Source: Patescibacteria group bacterium
Lineage (GTDB): Bacteria; Patescibacteriota; Patescibacteriia; UBA1558; GWA2-36-10
Assembly: GCA_041662585.1 (NCBI GenBank)
Contig: JBAZSG010000005.1
Location: 4,181 to 68,180 of the forward strand
Reading direction: 5' to 3'
DNA length: 64,000 bases
Part shown: positions 60,719 to 64,000 of the stretch, piece by piece
Position numbering within the stretch: the first letter of the stretch is position 1
Layout of the letters: every line of letters starts with the position of its first letter
Position numbers and translations under genes: made by a program
Notes under the pieces: generated by a model
What the model was told of the DNA's origin: nothing
The model's input: the letters and a program-made list of their open reading frames with translations, nothing else
Database searches by the model: none

Positions 60719-61297
60719 ATGAATAAGAAGACAATAGGTTTATTAAGCATGCTCGTTTTTATATTGTTAATCATTTGGGGTTATAATAGTTTATATAATC
60801 CAAAGGTTGTTGATAATATCAATACTAATTCTGATAATAAACCAGAAGAAGTAGACACTAGTGATTGGAGGGAGTATAGGAATGAGGAATTGGGATTTGA
60901 GTTTAAGTATCCGAGTGGTTGGATGATGGAGGAAAATAAGAATTTTGATAATAATGAAGAAATAGGATATATTTCATTTAGAGTGGCTACTACCACAGCT
61001 AATCCTTATACTTTTGGGACATCAAGAGTTTTAATAACAATATTTCCCAATCCTGAAAATATAACACCAGAAGAGATAATAATTAAATATAATAATTTTG
61101 CAAATGATGTACTAAATAGTCGGTTTTTAGGAGAGGTAATTTTAGATAACAAAATAGTTAAAAAATATAGCATTCCTGGTTATGTAGAGCTACCATCATT
61201 AATATTTAAATATAAACAGATGGTTTACGAAATATCTTATACTTTAGGAGAAGAGGAGTTAAATAAAATTTTATACACTTTTAAATTTATAAACTAA
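60719..61297 (+). CDS. Hypothetical membrane-anchored extracytoplasmic protein
   Basis: N-terminal TM segment, 192 aa. Confidence 0.4.
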   Translation: MNKKTIGLLSMLVFILLIIWGYNSLYNPKVVDNINTNSDNKPEEVDTSDWREYRNEELGFEFKYPSGWMMEENKNFDNNEEIGYISFRVATTTANPYTFGTSRVLITIFPNPENITPEEIIIKYNNFANDVLNSRFLGEVILDNKIVKKYSIPGYVELPSLIFKYKQMVYEISYTLGEEELNKILYTFKFIN

Positions 61298-61468
61298 AAT
61301 AAAAAATTTATATTCAAAGATAGAGAGTTTAAACAATAAAGTTTAGGCTCTTTTTGTGTCCTTTGACAATTTAAACAATAAACAAGAAAGGAGGTTTTAT
61401 AGAGTGTTCTATTGCTTTGTGTTTTTTGGTAATTCTAACTGTAAATTTTGTAGTAAGGAGATTTTGCA

Positions 61469-64000
61469 ATGAAGACTTTTGTGGTATTCCTAGTGGCGTT
61501 GATGTTTTTTAACATTAACCTTTTTGCTCAAACTGTTCCAGTAGCTGATGGTTTTCAGTTCCCACTTGAAAATTATACTGTCAATGATGGTTGTTTAGAG
61601 TGGGGAGGTACGAATGATTATTTCCCAGGAACACGTCATGTTGCCGATGATGAATGCTCATCAGAAACAACAGATGTATTTGCTACAACTAGAGGATTAG
61701 TTAGATATGCTCGTTTTCATAGAGCATGTGATGATCCCAATAATCCTGGTGGATGGGGATATATAATAATCATTGAATCACAAACTAATAGTGGTAATGT
61801 TTGTGTTATTTATGGGCATGTAAAGCCCACTGTTAATGAAGGAATGATTGTTGAAAGTGGCACCTTAATAGGAAAAATAGATGCTGGCGGATCTTGTTGG
61901 GCAGATCATATTCATTTTAGTATATATAAAGGAATGTATGGAACTACTAACGGAGTCTATCCATCCTGGTTAATGGGATATATGGATATTAACCTTTGGC
62001 CTGGCAATTATGTAGATCCCATTTGGTATGTAAATAACAATCCTCCAAGCTCATCCCCAGTCGGTTGTTTCAGCACCAATGACTGTAGCGGTCCTGTGTC
62101 ATTAGCTTTTCAACAAAAGTATAATGCTATGGCTGCTGCTGGTCATCCCTTGGGAGATCCGTGGGACAATGGTGGTTCCGTCTACGTCCATGAAGTAAAT
62201 GGTATGTATATCCAAGACTTCCAGGATCCTCGTGATCAAGGTGGTCCTAGCAATGGATATTACCATCCATATACGGCTTTAATTTATGATGCCACTACTG
62301 TTTCTACGGCTAATGTCCGTTTGCTTAAAGAAGGTTTTTGGGATACTTGGATGAATAATACTGGTTGGGTCAATTTTGGCTCACCGATAACAGATGAGTA
62401 TTCCAACGGTGGAGAAACTTGGCAAACTTTCCGTCGCTACGGTCTCAACTATTCTAGTAATCAGAGTGATTATGAGAATTTCTATTTTACTTGGAATTCA
62501 AACACTCAATTGCTAGAAGTTTTGGATAAAAACTATAATCCGGTAGATCTTTCACAATTGACCGTTACTACTGCTGATGTTTTTACTAGAGTCTTTAAAA
62601 GCGCTAGTTTAAATGATTCAACTTTAAATGAATATAAGCAGTATAATAGACTGGATTATAGTCTGAGTGATAGTCTGGGTGGCGGGTCACGGCTGGTGTC
62701 TGATACTAAGATCAGTATTGCCAAGGTGATGTCAACTACCACGGAGCCAGATGGTGTCTATCATTCTGGTCTAGCGGTCAGTAATCTTGGTCAACCTTTT
62801 CCTTTGGTCAATCAGCGTGATTATGAGAATTTTTACGCTGTGATTAATGGAAAAGTAATACTCATTGATCCATTCACTATGAATGGTGATATGACGATCT
62901 ATGTTGATGATTCTCCGCCGGAAGCTGATATTCAATTTAGTCACTGGACCATTTATCCTAATCCGGGAACAGTTGGTCAGCAGATACATGTAGAAGGACA
63001 GATATACAACCAAGGATCTTCGGCTGTTACTTTGTCGGAAGTAAGAGTTGAATTCTTGGCTCCAAATGGTGCCGAGATATATCATTGGTCTGAGTACAAT
63101 GTTACTTTAGATCCGGGATATTATTGGTATCAGTGGTTGTATTGTTATCCCTATATATCTGGTAATCACACCGCTCGTTTTAGGGGGTTCATAAACGGTC
63201 AGTGGCAGACTTATGCTACACAGACTGTTTATGTCCAGAATGATCCCAATGATCCGGTGTCAGCAGATTTTTCTGCCTCTCCTACTTTTGGGATTAGTCC
63301 ACTGGTTGTTCAATTTATTGATCAATCTTTGGGAGGACCCACTAGTTACGAATGGGACTTTGGTGATGGCACGTTTTCTTCTGATTCCAACCCCCTTAAA
63401 GTTTACAATGATTCGGGTTTTTACACTGTCAGTTTGACTGTTAGTGATGAGCAAAGCTCAGATACTCTGGTCAAAGTAAACTACATTTCTTTGTATGATT
63501 CGATAGACTCTTGTATAATCGGGTTATATGGTCTTCCTGGAAGAGGGTTCGGAATAGATGTTGTTGGCAATTACGCGTATATTGCCAGTTATGATGCGGG
63601 TCTTCAGATCATCGATGTCAGTAATCCGACTTCGCCAGTCATAGTTGGTTCAGTTGACACACCTGGCCTTGCTTGGGCAATAGACATTGTTGGTAACTAT
63701 GCTTATATTGCTGATTGTGGGGCAGGCTTTCATGTGATCGACATCAACAACCCAACTTCGCCAGTCATAGTTGGTTCAGTTGATACACCCGGTTCTGCAA
63801 AGGGAGTTGTTGTTTCTGGTAACCATGCCTATGTGGGGGATGAGACGTACGGTCTCCAGATCATTGACGTCAGCAACCCAACTTCTCCGGTGATAGTAGC
63901 TCATGTGAACACACCTACATATGTGATAGGAGTTTTTGTCTCTGGCAATTACGCATATATTACTGATGCCTATAACGGTCTCCAGATCATTGACGTCAGC
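61469..64000 (+). CDS. Large secreted protein with PKD domain and LVIVD beta-propeller repeats, 3'-partial
   Basis: The frame is open from the ATG at 61469 to the window end; it is absent from the ORF track because no stop lies in the window. Signal peptide MKTFVVFLVALMFFNINLFA. PKD-like FSASPTFGISPLVVQFIDQS...YEWDFGDGT. At least four LVIVD-type repeats (GNYAYIA..AGLQIIDVSNPTSPVIVGSVDTPG). Confidence 0.65.
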   Translation, partial: MKTFVVFLVALMFFNINLFAQTVPVADGFQFPLENYTVNDGCLEWGGTNDYFPGTRHVADDECSSETTDVFATTRGLVRYARFHRACDDPNNPGGWGYIIIIESQTNSGNVCVIYGHVKPTVNEGMIVESGTLIGKIDAGGSCWADHIHFSIYKGMYGTTNGVYPSWLMGYMDINLWPGNYVDPIWYVNNNPPSSSPVGCFSTNDCSGPVSLAFQQKYNAMAAAGHPLGDPWDNGGSVYVHEVNGMYIQDFQDPRDQGGPSNGYYHPYTALIYDATTVSTANVRLLKEGFWDTWMNNTGWVNFGSPITDEYSNGGETWQTFRRYGLNYSSNQSDYENFYFTWNSNTQLLEVLDKNYNPVDLSQLTVTTADVFTRVFKSASLNDSTLNEYKQYNRLDYSLSDSLGGGSRLVSDTKISIAKVMSTTTEPDGVYHSGLAVSNLGQPFPLVNQRDYENFYAVINGKVILIDPFTMNGDMTIYVDDSPPEADIQFSHWTIYPNPGTVGQQIHVEGQIYNQGSSAVTLSEVRVEFLAPNGAEIYHWSEYNVTLDPGYYWYQWLYCYPYISGNHTARFRGFINGQWQTYATQTVYVQNDPNDPVSADFSASPTFGISPLVVQFIDQSLGGPTSYEWDFGDGTFSSDSNPLKVYNDSGFYTVSLTVSDEQSSDTLVKVNYISLYDSIDSCIIGLYGLPGRGFGIDVVGNYAYIASYDAGLQIIDVSNPTSPVIVGSVDTPGLAWAIDIVGNYAYIADCGAGFHVIDINNPTSPVIVGSVDTPGSAKGVVVSGNHAYVGDETYGLQIIDVSNPTSPVIVAHVNTPTYVIGVFVSGNYAYITDAYNGLQIIDVS

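Noticed and set aside
62771-63454. Three short ORFs (two on the minus strand at 62771-63085 and 63260-63454, one on the plus strand at 63213-63437)
   Set aside because: They lie inside the long open plus-strand frame encoding PKD/LVIVD repeats.

Overview
AT-rich (roughly 30-35% GC), gene-dense bacterial window with short intergenic regions and many small membrane and Nudix proteins. The gene content looks like a reduced-genome, CPR/Patescibacteria-like organism; this is an inference from the sequence, not a database hit. The window opens with a complete type IV pilus (T4P) locus: pilB, a CheY-like receiver, a pilT-like ATPase, pilC, a major pilin, pilD, then four prepilin-type proteins. One of these is a 425-aa pilin-like protein with a complete C-terminal Hint (Hedgehog/intein-like, BIL-type) autoprocessing domain, which is the most unusual thing here. 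Next come ligA, gatC-gatA, a DsbA-like protein, lgt and tRNA-Asp. A 956-aa secreted beta-helix protein with Thr/Pro-rich tandem repeats follows, then a DMT-transporter/riboflavin-kinase fusion. On the minus strand sit infC-rpmI-rplT and a smpB-tmRNA pair. After these comes a contiguous dTTP-synthesis cluster (dCMP deaminase, a kinase, thyA, folA, dut, tmk), then gatB, miaA/miaB, and thrS preceded by a T-box leader with a Thr ACC specifier. The remainder holds dnaE, a SEDS protein, rplY, prfA-prmC, rpmE, rpsB-tsf-pyrH, gap, cysS (interrupted by an in-frame TAG at a conserved Tyr codon), a TrmH-family methyltransferase, a nucleotidyltransferase/radical-SAM pair, three Nudix hydrolases, and a 3'-partial PKD/LVIVD-repeat secreted protein of visibly higher GC. 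Other observations worth a second look are a pilT homologue with degenerate catalytic motifs, a conserved ~30-nt motif with covarying flanking stems at two loci (gatB leader and the miaB-miaA spacer), a duplicated miaA 5' fragment, duplicated small-ORF/palindrome modules around a Nudix gene, recurring GC-rich hairpin pairs, and consistent extended -10 (TGnTATAAT) promoters.
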